DNA of 63,966 nucleotides, counting the filler, from Acidimicrobiia bacterium (GTDB lineage: Bacteria > Actinomycetota > Acidimicrobiia > Spongiisociales > CAZKJJ01), in the NCBI GenBank assembly GCA_046759765.1. It is 5 parts of 5 records of this genome, joined end to end, with 100 filler letters (N's around TTAATTAATTAA, not from the genome) between each part and the next. Parts side by side here need not be neighbours in the genome. Positions count along the whole stretch, not along the records: positions 15,584 to 30,938 come from JBHICV010000050.1; positions 31,039 to 45,869 come from JBHICV010000052.1; 3 more parts are not named here. One strand, 5' to 3'. Every line of letters starts with the position of its first letter. Within the stretch, counting starts at the first letter, position 1. Below, piece after piece: positions 28,989-38,563 of this stretch. The notes beneath the pieces were generated by a model, which worked only from the letters and a program-made list of their open reading frames with translations, made no database searches and was not told the DNA's origin. A program made the position numbers and the translations under genes.

Positions 28989-30779
28989 GTGACGGATATC
29001 AACCGCTATTTGCAGATTCGGTCAGCCGGAGGGGGCGTGTTCACGGCGGACGGATCGCACGTGGCGTACCTAACGAACGTGACTGGGATCCCCCAGGCCT
29101 GGGCTATTCCCGTCGATGGCGGCTGGCCCGAACAGCTCACCTTTGGTGACGACCGAGTGGCCCGGGTTGTGGCTTCTCCGATCGATCCGTCCCTCGTCGT
29201 TTTCGAGCGTGACGACGGTGGCAACGAACGAATGCAGCTGCACGCGGTGGCGATCGATGGCACCGGCGAGCGGGATCTGATTCGTAACGACAAGGCGATC
29301 CACCGGTTCGGCGACTTCTCCCCAGACGGTGCCTGGTTCACTTTCTGCTCGAACGAGCGGAACGGCGTCGACTTTGACCTCTATCGCGCTCCGATCGACG
29401 GTGGTCCGCACGAGCTGGTGACCGAGCTCGATGGATGGGTCGTTCCGGGTCGGGTGTCTCCTGATGGCCGGTTCTCCCTGGCCACACTCACTCGCTCCAA
29501 TGTCGACACCGATGCACTCCTCGTCGATCTCGAGACCGGACACACAGCGGTGCTCACCAACTGGGAGGAGGAAGCCCGTAACCAGGCCGTTGCCTTCAGC
29601 CAAGACGGGGCCCAGGTTTTCTTGCTGAGCGATAACGACGGTGACTACGTACAGGCCTACCGGCTCGATCGCTCAACCGGCATCGCCACCCGCTTCGGGC
29701 CTGCAGGATGGGACATCGTCGCGCTCGGCGTCAGCGACGGTAAGGGAACGCTCATCGTCAACGAAGACGGATCGAGTCGACTTCTCGCGTTCGATCCCCG
29801 GTCTCTGCAGGATGAAGAGGAGGTGCCACTTCCTCTCGGCGTGGCGGCCGACCTCGAGTTCTCGCCACAGGGAGACAGGCTGTCCGTCACGATCAGCGGG
29901 GCAGAGCACAATCCCGACGTCTGGATCCTCGATGTCGCTACCTCGGCTATCTCGCGGCTAACCCGGTCTTCAACCGCGGGCCTAGCCCGAGCCTCCTTCG
30001 TCCCCCCGGAACTAGTGAGAATCTCCTCGTTCGATGACCTCTCGATGCCGATTTGGCTTTACCGACCCTCACAAGCTGCCCAGCCTCCGGTCGTGGTTTC
30101 GGTGCATGGCGGGCCCGAGGCCCAGGAGCTGCCGGCGTTCAACCCCATCTATCAATACCTTCTCGCGAAGGGTTTTGCCATCGCGGCGCCGAATGTTCGG
30201 GGTTCAGCGGGTTACGGCCGCGCCTACCTCGGTCTCGATGATCTCGAGAAACGCCGGGACGCGGTGGCGGATCTGGGTGAAGTAGCAGACTATCTGCGGA
30301 GCCGGTCGGATCTCGATGGAGGCCGTATGGCTGTGATCGGCGGTTCCTACGGCGGATACATGGTGCTATCGACGCTCACCACGCATCCTGAGCAGTGGGC
30401 AGCGGGAGTAATGATCGTGGGGATCTCCAACCTCGTGACCTTCCTCGAGAACACAGGCGACTATCGAAGAGCCGTCCGGGAGGCCGAATACGGAAGCCTC
30501 GAGCATCACCGCGACTTGTTGGAGGATCTGAGCCCCATCCACCAAGTTGACAAGATCCGCGCGCCGCTTCTGGTCATCCACGGCGCCAACGACCCGCGGG
30601 TGCCGCTGTCCGAGGCCGAGCAAATCGTCGCCCGGCTGACCGAGGACGGCCGGCCGGTCGAGCTGCTCGTATTCCCGGACGAGGGCCATGGTCTTGTGAA
30701 GCTGGCGAACCGTAAAGTCGCCTATCGGGCCGTCGCGGAGTTCCTCGAGGAGCACCTGAGCGCCACGGCGACTCCCTAG
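28989..30779 (+). CDS. S9 family (acylaminoacyl/prolyl oligo) peptidase
   Basis: Propeller repeats; VHGGPE, GGSYGG, HGANDPRV, DEGHG triad. Confidence 0.93.
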   Translation: MTDINRYLQIRSAGGGVFTADGSHVAYLTNVTGIPQAWAIPVDGGWPEQLTFGDDRVARVVASPIDPSLVVFERDDGGNERMQLHAVAIDGTGERDLIRNDKAIHRFGDFSPDGAWFTFCSNERNGVDFDLYRAPIDGGPHELVTELDGWVVPGRVSPDGRFSLATLTRSNVDTDALLVDLETGHTAVLTNWEEEARNQAVAFSQDGAQVFLLSDNDGDYVQAYRLDRSTGIATRFGPAGWDIVALGVSDGKGTLIVNEDGSSRLLAFDPRSLQDEEEVPLPLGVAADLEFSPQGDRLSVTISGAEHNPDVWILDVATSAISRLTRSSTAGLARASFVPPELVRISSFDDLSMPIWLYRPSQAAQPPVVVSVHGGPEAQELPAFNPIYQYLLAKGFAIAAPNVRGSAGYGRAYLGLDDLEKRRDAVADLGEVADYLRSRSDLDGGRMAVIGGSYGGYMVLSTLTTHPEQWAAGVMIVGISNLVTFLENTGDYRRAVREAEYGSLEHHRDLLEDLSPIHQVDKIRAPLLVIHGANDPRVPLSEAEQIVARLTEDGRPVELLVFPDEGHGLVKLANRKVAYRAVAEFLEEHLSATATP

Positions 30780-30807
30780 ATAGCACGGCGCCTAGTGTGA
30801 TTCGGTC

Positions 30808-30938
30808 TTGGCCCTCTCCGATCTCCGTGCCCGCGTCCGGGAGTCTGGATTTGTGCACTCGTGGCGGTTGTTCGCTACGGCCGACCCGGGTCTGCTGAGC
30901 GGCGCGGTCGCTTACAACGTCTTCTTCTCTCTCGCTCC
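30808..30938 (+). CDS. YihY/BrkB-family membrane protein, N-terminal fragment
   Basis: LLSGAVAYNVFFSL resembles the YihY first TM; cut by the linker. Confidence 0.55.
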
Positions 30939-31038
30939 NNNNNNNNNNNNNNNNNNNNNNNNNNNNNNNNNNNNNNNNNNNNTTAATTAATTAANNNNNN
31001 NNNNNNNNNNNNNNNNNNNNNNNNNNNNNNNNNNNNNN
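30939..31038. other. Artificial contig linker
   Basis: 44 N + TTAATTAATTAA + 44 N. Confidence 0.97.
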
Positions 31039-31297
31039 AAAGGGAGACGACTGTTGTTGTCGGGAACGGAGCATCGACGGTCCCTGCGCGGGCCTCCAGC
31101 AGTGGGCGGGCGCGGGGATGTTCGAGCTGGTGGTTACCCAGCCCGTCGAAGAGCACCAAGACGTGGGTCTCCGCCTCCGGCAGCAGGGCGGCCGGCTCGG
31201 AGTGGAGGGCGGGCGAAGGCGCGGACCCGATCATTCTCATCTCGAGTTCTGCCACGAGGTTGACGAGGCCGCGGCCGTCATAGCTCGGTCGATGCAC
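31039..31297 (-). CDS. Alkaline-phosphatase-superfamily (NPP-type) protein, N-terminal fragment
   Basis: VLFDGLG and FPTTT motifs; cut by the linker. Confidence 0.75.
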
Positions 31298-31417
31298 TAC
31301 GCCGCGGGAGCGTAGCGAGGCTCACTTCGGCCAAGCGCCCGAGCTTTGGGGCCTTCGGGGCGACTCCTATACTCCGCACCGCCCGGGGCGAGGGCCCCAT
31401 CTCCTCGAGAGGGCCGG

Positions 31418-31783
31418 ATGACCGAGTACTTTCAGGACTATGTCACGGTGGCGGCCTTTGCGGTTTTTGGGGTGCTACTCGTGGCCGGCACTCTCGGTCT
31501 CACCTACCTGGTCCGTCCCAAGAAGCCAACCGAAACCAAGCTCCTCACGTACGAATGCGGAGTCGACCCGGTGGGCGAGGGGTGGAGCCAGTCGTATGTT
31601 CGCTACTACGTTTACGGCCTGCTCTTCCTCATCTTCGATGTAGAGGCCGTGTTCGTATTCCCCTGGGCGGTCAAGCTGGAGGATCTGGGAACGTTCGGGC
31701 TGGTCGAGATGATGATCTTTCTGGCGGTACTGCTTCTCGGCCTCATCTATGCCGTGCGGAAGGGTGTCCTGCGATGGGAGTGA
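31418..31783 (+). CDS. nuoA: NADH-quinone oxidoreductase subunit A
   Basis: [19 protein letters not shown]. Confidence 0.95.
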   Translation: MTEYFQDYVTVAAFAVFGVLLVAGTLGLTYLVRPKKPTETKLLTYECGVDPVGEGWSQSYVRYYVYGLLFLIFDVEAVFVFPWAVKLEDLGTFGLVEMMIFLAVLLLGLIYAVRKGVLRWE

Positions 31784-32271
31784 TCGACCGGTTCGGAGCT
31801 CCTAAGCCGGTCAGCTGGCTGCTCAACTGGTCGAGGAAGTATTCGCTCTGGGTCTTTCAGTTCGGGCTCGCCTGCTGCGCGATCGAGATGATGGCGGCAT
31901 CAAGCCCCCGCTATGACTTCATGCGCTTTGGGGTCATCCCGTTCCCCGCCTCGCCCCGACAGGCTGACCTGATGGTGGTGGCCGGCACGGTGACCGACAA
32001 GATGGCGCCGGCGATACGGCGTCTCTACGAGCAGATGCCTGATCCCAAGTACGTGATTTCGATGGGATCGTGCAGTAACTGCGGAGGCCCGTACTGGGAT
32101 TCGTACTCGGTTACCAAGGGTGTCGACCAGGTAATACCCGTGGACGTCTACGTGCCGGGGTGTCCGCCCCGCCCGGAAGCGCTGCTCGATGGGATCGTGC
32201 TGCTACAGAAGAAGATCCAAGCCGAAGACGTTCGCGAGAAGTGGGCGGAGCGTGACTACCAGCCCGTCTGA
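31774..32271 (+). CDS. nuoB: NADH-quinone oxidoreductase subunit B
   Basis: [23 protein letters not shown]. Confidence 0.95.
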   Translation: MGVIDRFGAPKPVSWLLNWSRKYSLWVFQFGLACCAIEMMAASSPRYDFMRFGVIPFPASPRQADLMVVAGTVTDKMAPAIRRLYEQMPDPKYVISMGSCSNCGGPYWDSYSVTKGVDQVIPVDVYVPGCPPRPEALLDGIVLLQKKIQAEDVREKWAERDYQPV

Positions 32272-32938
32272 TCAGGCTCCTGAGGACCAGGTGACCGAGG
32301 ACGACGTCACGGAGGACCAGGTTCCCGACGCCGACGCCGGCGCAGACGCTGCCGAGGAGCCGGAGGTTGCTCCTGATCCGCCTGCGGACTACGCGCAGCA
32401 AGTAGCGGAGGTGTTACGGGGCGAAGCCACCTCGGATTTCGGCACTGTCAAGGTCCGGATTCCCGCGGATCGATGGGTCGAGACCGCGGAGACGGCGCGC
32501 GACGAGCTCGGCCTCGGGTTCTTCTCCTGGCTCTCCGCGGTGGACTGGGCAAATGAGGTTGAGGTCGGTGATCCCCCTTCCGAGACGGTCGACGAGCGCT
32601 ACGAGGTGCTGTGCCAAGTCTCGGACACCTCGGAGGGCCGCTTGGTCATTCTCTCGACCGACATCGGCAAGGACGAGCCGTCTCTGCCGAGCCTGGTGGG
32701 CGTCTATCCCGGCGCCAACTGGCACGAGAGGGAGGCGGCCGAGATGTTCGGCATCTCCTTCGAGGGGCACCCGAATCTCGTTCAGCTCTATCTCCCTGGG
32801 GGCTTCGAAGGGCACCCGCTTCGCAAGTCCTTCCCCCTCCTGACCAGGGAGGTAAAGCCCTGGCCGGGAACGGTTGACGTAGAAGGTATGCCCTCAGAGG
32901 AAAACGTCGAAGCCGGGGATGCCGAGGAGAGCGAGTGA
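32252..32938 (+). CDS. nuoC: NADH-quinone oxidoreductase subunit C
   Basis: [25 protein letters not shown]; acidic N-terminal extension; start uncertain. Confidence 0.92.
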   Translation: MTTSPSDQAPEDQVTEDDVTEDQVPDADAGADAAEEPEVAPDPPADYAQQVAEVLRGEATSDFGTVKVRIPADRWVETAETARDELGLGFFSWLSAVDWANEVEVGDPPSETVDERYEVLCQVSDTSEGRLVILSTDIGKDEPSLPSLVGVYPGANWHEREAAEMFGISFEGHPNLVQLYLPGGFEGHPLRKSFPLLTREVKPWPGTVDVEGMPSEENVEAGDAEESE

Positions 32939-34131
32939 CCCAGCAGCTCGACCAACGCGCACTGATGCACATCTCCGAGGTCGCCGTATCCGTCGAGCTG
33001 GAGACTCCCGAGATGACCCTCAACATCGGTCCTCAGCATCCGTCTACGCACGGCGTGCTTCGTCTTGTGGCTCACATGGAGGGCGAGCGGACATACAAGG
33101 TGGAGCCGGTCATCGGCTACATGCACCGGGGCTACGAGAAGATCTCTGAAGTGCGTACCTACCCGCAGATCACCACCCTCATCAATCGGATCGACTGGGT
33201 TGCCGGCTACGCCAACGAGGTTCCCTTCATGGTGGCCACCGAAAAGCTGATGGAGGTTGAAGTGCCTGAGCGGGCACAGTACATCCGGCTGATTCTCACC
33301 GAGATGGCCCGCATTGCCTCCCATATGGTCTTCATGGCCTCCTACCCGCTCGAGCTGGGCGCTCCCACGCCCCTCTTCTTCTCATTGAGGGACAGGGAGC
33401 GAGTCCTCGATCTGATCGAGTTGGTGACCGGAGGACGCTTCCATCCCAACTTCAATCGAATTGGAGGAGTGAAACCGGCCTATGGAGCCGGTCCAACGAC
33501 GCGGAAGACCATCCCGGATCTACCCCAGAGCTTCTTGCCCCAAACCAAAGACGCCATGTCCAAAGTGCTCAAGACGTGCGACGAGCTGGCGGACCTCGCC
33601 CTCGGTAACGAGATCTTCCAGGCCCGCACGAAAGGCGTCGGAGTTCTGCCGGCCGACCTGGCCGCTTCGTACGGTGTCTCCGGCCCCAACCTCCGGGCTT
33701 CGGGGGTGGAATTCGACCTCAGAAAGATCTCCGACTACCTGCCGTACGACCACTTCACGTTTGACATACCCACAGGTTCCAAAGGTGACTCCTGGGACCG
33801 CTACCGGGTCCGTCTGGAGGAGATTCGACAGTCCGCCGGCATCGTCACCCAGGCTGTCGACGGGATCCCGTCGGGATCACTCCAGGCCAAAGTTCCCAAG
33901 ATCATCAAGGTTCCCGCCGGCGAGGTCTACGTTCGGGCCGAGAACCCGAAAGGAGAGATGGGTTATTACATCGTCTCGGACGGAGGGCTGGGACCATACC
34001 GACTGAAGATCCGCTCGGCGTCCTTCTCCAACCTCTCGATCCTGCCCTGGATCCTGGAGGGAGTTCTGGTCCCAGACATAATCGCCATCCTCGGCTCGCT
34101 CGACTTCGTATTGGGAGACGTGGACAGATGA
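32935..34131 (+). CDS. nuoD: NADH-quinone oxidoreductase subunit D
   Basis: GPQHPSTHGVLR, GYMHRGYEK, C-term GDVDR. Confidence 0.96.
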   Translation: MTQQLDQRALMHISEVAVSVELETPEMTLNIGPQHPSTHGVLRLVAHMEGERTYKVEPVIGYMHRGYEKISEVRTYPQITTLINRIDWVAGYANEVPFMVATEKLMEVEVPERAQYIRLILTEMARIASHMVFMASYPLELGAPTPLFFSLRDRERVLDLIELVTGGRFHPNFNRIGGVKPAYGAGPTTRKTIPDLPQSFLPQTKDAMSKVLKTCDELADLALGNEIFQARTKGVGVLPADLAASYGVSGPNLRASGVEFDLRKISDYLPYDHFTFDIPTGSKGDSWDRYRVRLEEIRQSAGIVTQAVDGIPSGSLQAKVPKIIKVPAGEVYVRAENPKGEMGYYIVSDGGLGPYRLKIRSASFSNLSILPWILEGVLVPDIIAILGSLDFVLGDVDR

Positions 34132-35120
34132 GTGAGAACCTCGAGTTCGTCTTGCTCCTCGGCGCCAAGCTCCTCGCCATTGGCATTCTCATTCCCGCAG
34201 CGGGGATGGCAATCGGGTACGGCGAGCTGAAGATCTCAGCTCACATGCAGAGCCGGGTCGGCCCCTACTTCGCCGGCGGCCGCTTCGGTTGGGCGCAGCT
34301 GATCGCCGACGGGCTCAAGTTCATTCAAAAGGAAGACATCATCCCCGAGGCCGCCGACCGACCGGTGTTCCGTTGGGCTCCGGCTCTCGTGCTCGCCTCG
34401 ACGGTCGCCCTTTTCGTCGTGATTCCATTCGGGCCCGGCGAGAACTACATCATCCGGGATCTGGACCTGGGCATCTTCTACGCGCTGGCGGTTGCCTCGG
34501 TGGGGACGATCGGAGTGTTGATGGCCGGTTGGGCCTCGGCCAACAAGTACTCGCTCATGGGCGGCCTGAGAGCGGCGGGCCAGCTGATCGCCTATGAACT
34601 CCCGCTGATCTTGGCGGCGGTTGCGGTCGTCGTTCAGGCCGGGACGATGTCGATGCAAGGGATTGTCGAAGCACAGATCGCTCTGGGAGTGCCGTTCGTG
34701 CTGGCCGGCCAGGCGGTGAGCTTCGCCATCTTCTTCATTGCCATGCTGGCCGAGCTAACGCGCATCCCGTTCGACATGCCGATCGCCGAGTCCGAGCTCG
34801 TGACCGGCTATCTCACCGAGTACACCGGCTTCCGTTTCCTGTTCTTCTTCCTGGCCGAGTTCGCCAACATGTTCAGTCTGTCTGCGATCGCCGCCACCCT
34901 CTTCCTGGGGGGCTACTGGCTCTGGGGCTTGAACACTGCGATCTTCGGACCATTCATTCTCATCGGAAAGATCGCCGTTCTGGTCTTCGTGATGATCTGG
35001 TTTCGCTGGACATTCCCCCGGCTCAGGGAGGATCAACTCCAGTCGCTCGCCTGGAAGTGGCTGGTTCCGCTCTCTCTGGCCAACATCGCGGTCATCGCAA
35101 CTGCCAAGGTGGTGTTCTGA
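34128..35120 (+). CDS. nuoH: NADH-quinone oxidoreductase subunit H
   Basis: [30 protein letters not shown]. Confidence 0.95.
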   Translation: MSENLEFVLLLGAKLLAIGILIPAAGMAIGYGELKISAHMQSRVGPYFAGGRFGWAQLIADGLKFIQKEDIIPEAADRPVFRWAPALVLASTVALFVVIPFGPGENYIIRDLDLGIFYALAVASVGTIGVLMAGWASANKYSLMGGLRAAGQLIAYELPLILAAVAVVVQAGTMSMQGIVEAQIALGVPFVLAGQAVSFAIFFIAMLAELTRIPFDMPIAESELVTGYLTEYTGFRFLFFFLAEFANMFSLSAIAATLFLGGYWLWGLNTAIFGPFILIGKIAVLVFVMIWFRWTFPRLREDQLQSLAWKWLVPLSLANIAVIATAKVVF

Positions 35121-35578
35121 TGAAGATCCCGGGCATCGGCTTCGCCAGGGGACTTTGGGTGACGCTACGCACTCTCTTCACCTGGCCGGTGACGGTCATG
35201 TATCCGCGAGTCAAAGAGACGCCGGTCCCCAGGGCTCGGGGCGTCATCGCTCTGGAGCAGGAAGCTTGCACCGTCTGCATGCTCTGTGCCCGCAACTGCC
35301 CCGACTGGTGCATTTACATCGAAGGCCACAAGGAGCTCATGCCGCCGTCACGGCCCGGTGGTCGCCCGCGGGCGCGGGCGGTGCTCGACCGTTTCGACCT
35401 CGACTACGCCCTCTGCATGTACTGCGGCATCTGCGTGGAGGTCTGCCCGTTCGACGCCCTGTTCTGGAGCCCCGAATACGAGTACTCGGAAACCCAAATG
35501 GGCGCCATGTTGCACGACGAAGACCGGCTCCAGCAGTGGATGGAGACCGTTCCCGACATGACCGCCCTCAACCAATGA
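35120..35578 (+). CDS. nuoI: NADH-quinone oxidoreductase subunit I
   Basis: Two CxxCxxCxxxCP motifs. Confidence 0.94.
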   Translation: MKIPGIGFARGLWVTLRTLFTWPVTVMYPRVKETPVPRARGVIALEQEACTVCMLCARNCPDWCIYIEGHKELMPPSRPGGRPRARAVLDRFDLDYALCMYCGICVEVCPFDALFWSPEYEYSETQMGAMLHDEDRLQQWMETVPDMTALNQ

Positions 35579-35679
35579 GGACCCAGTCTTCGGTTTTCAG
35601 TTCTCAGCTTTCAGTAATCGCTCCAACTGACGACTCAAGACTGACTACTGATAACTGCGCACCGGAGGTGCGCTCATGA
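35575..35679 (+). CDS. Putative 34-aa bridging mini-ORF between nuoI and nuoJ
   Basis: ATGA overlap with the nuoI stop and ATGA overlap with the nuoJ start. Confidence 0.4.
   Translation: MRTQSSVFSSQLSVIAPTDDSRLTTDNCAPEVRS
35590..35657. repeat. Inverted arrays of 7-bp repeats
   Basis: TCGGTTT-TCAGTTC-TCAGCTT-TCAGTAA ... ACTGACG-ACTCAAG-ACTGACT-ACTGATA-ACTG. Confidence 0.75.
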
Positions 35680-36245
35680 GCTTCTTCGACTGGATCACCA
35701 ACCCGCAGAATTGGGCTTTCCTCGCGCTCGGCGGCCTCGCGGCCATTGCCGCCTTCCGCGTAGTCACGTCGCGCAACGTGGTCCATGCGGCTCTCTTTCT
35801 GGTGGCAACCCTCGCCGCGACTGCAGGGCTCTTTCTCCTCCTCTCGGCCGAGTTTGTCGCCTGGGTGTTGGTTCTGGTTTACATCGGTGCGGTCGTGATC
35901 CTCTTCCTGTTCGGGATCATGATCACCAGGGCGCCAATCGGCCGGGAAGCCGCCGTCGATCACCAGCGCAGATGGCCGGCGGCCGTTGCCGCCACGGTGC
36001 TGTTCGCGGTCCTGGCCGGCGTTTCGTGGACCACATGGGAGACGACCGAGTTGGTCGGAGTGGGCGAGGGGACGTCGACCGACCTCCTCGCCGGATCGAT
36101 CCTCGGGCGGTACGTGCTTCCCTTCGAAGCAGTCTCCTTCCTACTGCTGGCCGCGCTGGTGGGAGGGATCACTCTGGCCCGCAAGGACGCCACGCCTGCC
36201 GAGGAGGAGGCTTCGGCTCGGGAGCGGGAGACGGTCGGTACATGA
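35676..36245 (+). CDS. nuoJ: NADH-quinone oxidoreductase subunit J
   Basis: NVVHAALFL, VLVYIGAV, LPFEAVSFLLLAA. Confidence 0.94.
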   Translation: MSFFDWITNPQNWAFLALGGLAAIAAFRVVTSRNVVHAALFLVATLAATAGLFLLLSAEFVAWVLVLVYIGAVVILFLFGIMITRAPIGREAAVDHQRRWPAAVAATVLFAVLAGVSWTTWETTELVGVGEGTSTDLLAGSILGRYVLPFEAVSFLLLAALVGGITLARKDATPAEEEASARERETVGT

Positions 36246-36547
36246 TCGTCACCCAGTTCCTCATCCTCGGGGCTTTCATGTTTGCTCTGGGCACCTTCGG
36301 TCTCCTCGCCCGCCGCAACGCAGTCATGATCCTGCTGGCGGTCGAGCTGATGCTCAACGCCGTCAACCTCAACCTCGTGGCGTTCGAGGCCCTAATAAGG
36401 GACACGCTGGCCACGGGCCAGGTCTTCGCAATTTTCGTGATCACGATCGCCGCGGCCGAGGTAGGCGTCGGCCTGGCCATCGTGTTGATGATCTTCCGCA
36501 ACCGAACCTCGGCGAACGTCGATGAGCTGGACCTGATGAAATGGTGA
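36242..36547 (+). CDS. nuoK: NADH-quinone oxidoreductase subunit K
   Basis: VELMLNAVNLN, AAAEVGVGLAI. Confidence 0.94.
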   Translation: MIVTQFLILGAFMFALGTFGLLARRNAVMILLAVELMLNAVNLNLVAFEALIRDTLATGQVFAIFVITIAAAEVGVGLAIVLMIFRNRTSANVDELDLMKW

Positions 36548-38550
36548 TGCTCGCGGCCGAAACGCCCGTCCTCGACGTCACGGCCAGCGGGGCGCTGGTC
36601 GAATGGGCCTGGCTGCTGGTGGTGGCGCCCTTTGTCGCCTTCGTGCTGATCATCCTGGTGGGCAAGCGGCTCCCGTTGCAGGGAGCGGAGATTGGCCTTG
36701 CCGCGGTCGGCTTCTCGAGCCTCTACGGGATCGTGCTCTTCCTCGTCAATGTGACGGGCGGTGTGCTCTTCACCGACTCGATCGAAGTCGCCGAGGTTGG
36801 CTCATTCGTCGTCGAATGGGGCTGGCTCCTCGACGGTCTGTCCACGATGATGTTCGTAGTCGTGGGCGTGGTCTCAACCCTCGTCCACGTCTACTCCCTC
36901 GGATACATGCGCGGCGACTCGCGCTTCACCTTCTTCTATGCCGCACTGTCGCTGTTCACAGGCTCGATGCTCCTGCTGGTCGTGGCACCCAACACCTTGC
37001 AGATGCTCGTCGGCTGGGAGCTCGTCGGCCTCTGTTCCTATCTGCTCATCGGCCATTGGTGGGAGGTCAAGGAGAACGCGGACTCGGCGGTCAAGGCCTT
37101 CCTGACGACCAAGACGGCAGACATCGGCTTCGTGCTGGGCGTGATAGTGCTGGCCTGGGCGGCCGGATCTTTCCGCATCAGTGAGCTATTGGGTGCCGCC
37201 GAGGAAGGAACGCTTACCACTGCCCTGGCCGTGACGGGTGCGGTCCTCCTCTTCATAGGGGCGATGGGTAAGAGCGCCCAGTTCCCCTTCCATACCTGGC
37301 TGCCCGACGCGATGGCCGGCCCGACACCGGTCTCCGCGCTCATACACGCCGCCACGATGGTGACGGCCGGTATCTACATGGTGGCGCGCCTGTTCCCCCT
37401 ATACGAAGGGCTGGCAGCCGAGGCCCGCACCTTCATACTCGTCATTGGCACGATCACGCTGCTCATCGCGGGGCTGCTGGCCGTCGTGCAGGACGACATC
37501 AAGCGGGTCCTGGCCTACTCGACCGTCAGTCAGCTCGGTTACATGGCGGCAGCGCTCGGCGCGGGCGGCTACACGGCGGCCCTTTTTCACCTCTGGACCC
37601 ACGCTTTCTTCAAAGCCCTTCTCTTCCTCGGTGCCGGCGTGGTCATCCACGCCGTGCACTCCAACTACATGAGCGAGATGGGAGGCCTCCGGAAGTTCTT
37701 GCCGACGACTTTCTGGACCTTCGTTGTCGGCTCACTCGCCCTTGCCGGCATCCCGCCGCTATCGGGCTTCTTCTCCAAAGACGAGATCCTGGCGACGTTC
37801 GGCGCCGAGGGATATCAGCTCGTATTGGCCATCGGGATCCTCGGCGCGTTCATCACCGCCTTCTACATGTCCCGCGCGGTCTTCCTTACCTTCTTCGGCA
37901 GCTACAAGGGTCAGGGGGAGCCCCAGGAGGCCGAGAGGGTGATGACCGTCCCGCTGGTCATCCTCGCCGTCGGTGCGCTAGCCGCCGGGTGGGCCAACAT
38001 CGCCGGTCTCTACACAGGCTTCGCCGACTGGGTGACCGTCCGCGCAGTGCCGATCGTGGAGCATCATCTCGAGAGTCTTGACGTAACGGTGGCGGGGTCG
38101 GGGTTCCTTGCGGGCCTTGTCGGAATCGGTCTCGGCTATCTGCTCTACTACCGGGACGCAGAGACCCAGGAGGATCGCGACCGCTTCCGTATCCCGGTCC
38201 TTTGGCCTTTCTTGGAGCGCAAGTACTACCTCGACGACATCTACTTCTACGGCATCGTTAGGCCAATTCGCGATCCGATCGCCCGGGCAACGAACTGGAT
38301 CAACGATTACGTCATCGACTGGATCGTCAATGTCAGCGGTTATATCGCCGGGGCGTTCGCCCGTGTCATCTACCGAGGTTTCGACCAGCGCGGCATCGAT
38401 CTCGTCGTCAACGGGGTGTCCTTTGCGACCGGGGCCGCGGGTGGACAGCTGCGGTTCTGGCAAACGGGAAGAGTCCAGCAGTACCTCGGCGCGTTCATCG
38501 TCGGGGTTCTGGCGCTGGTCGTTGTGTTCGTCGTGGTGTTCGCCAACTAG
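36541..38550 (+). CDS. nuoL: NADH-quinone oxidoreductase subunit L
   Basis: GKSAQFPFHTWLPDAMAGPTPVSALIHAATMV. Confidence 0.96.
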   Translation: MVMLAAETPVLDVTASGALVEWAWLLVVAPFVAFVLIILVGKRLPLQGAEIGLAAVGFSSLYGIVLFLVNVTGGVLFTDSIEVAEVGSFVVEWGWLLDGLSTMMFVVVGVVSTLVHVYSLGYMRGDSRFTFFYAALSLFTGSMLLLVVAPNTLQMLVGWELVGLCSYLLIGHWWEVKENADSAVKAFLTTKTADIGFVLGVIVLAWAAGSFRISELLGAAEEGTLTTALAVTGAVLLFIGAMGKSAQFPFHTWLPDAMAGPTPVSALIHAATMVTAGIYMVARLFPLYEGLAAEARTFILVIGTITLLIAGLLAVVQDDIKRVLAYSTVSQLGYMAAALGAGGYTAALFHLWTHAFFKALLFLGAGVVIHAVHSNYMSEMGGLRKFLPTTFWTFVVGSLALAGIPPLSGFFSKDEILATFGAEGYQLVLAIGILGAFITAFYMSRAVFLTFFGSYKGQGEPQEAERVMTVPLVILAVGALAAGWANIAGLYTGFADWVTVRAVPIVEHHLESLDVTVAGSGFLAGLVGIGLGYLLYYRDAETQEDRDRFRIPVLWPFLERKYYLDDIYFYGIVRPIRDPIARATNWINDYVIDWIVNVSGYIAGAFARVIYRGFDQRGIDLVVNGVSFATGAAGGQLRFWQTGRVQQYLGAFIVGVLALVVVFVVVFAN

Positions 38551-38563
38551 GAGGAAGGGCTAG

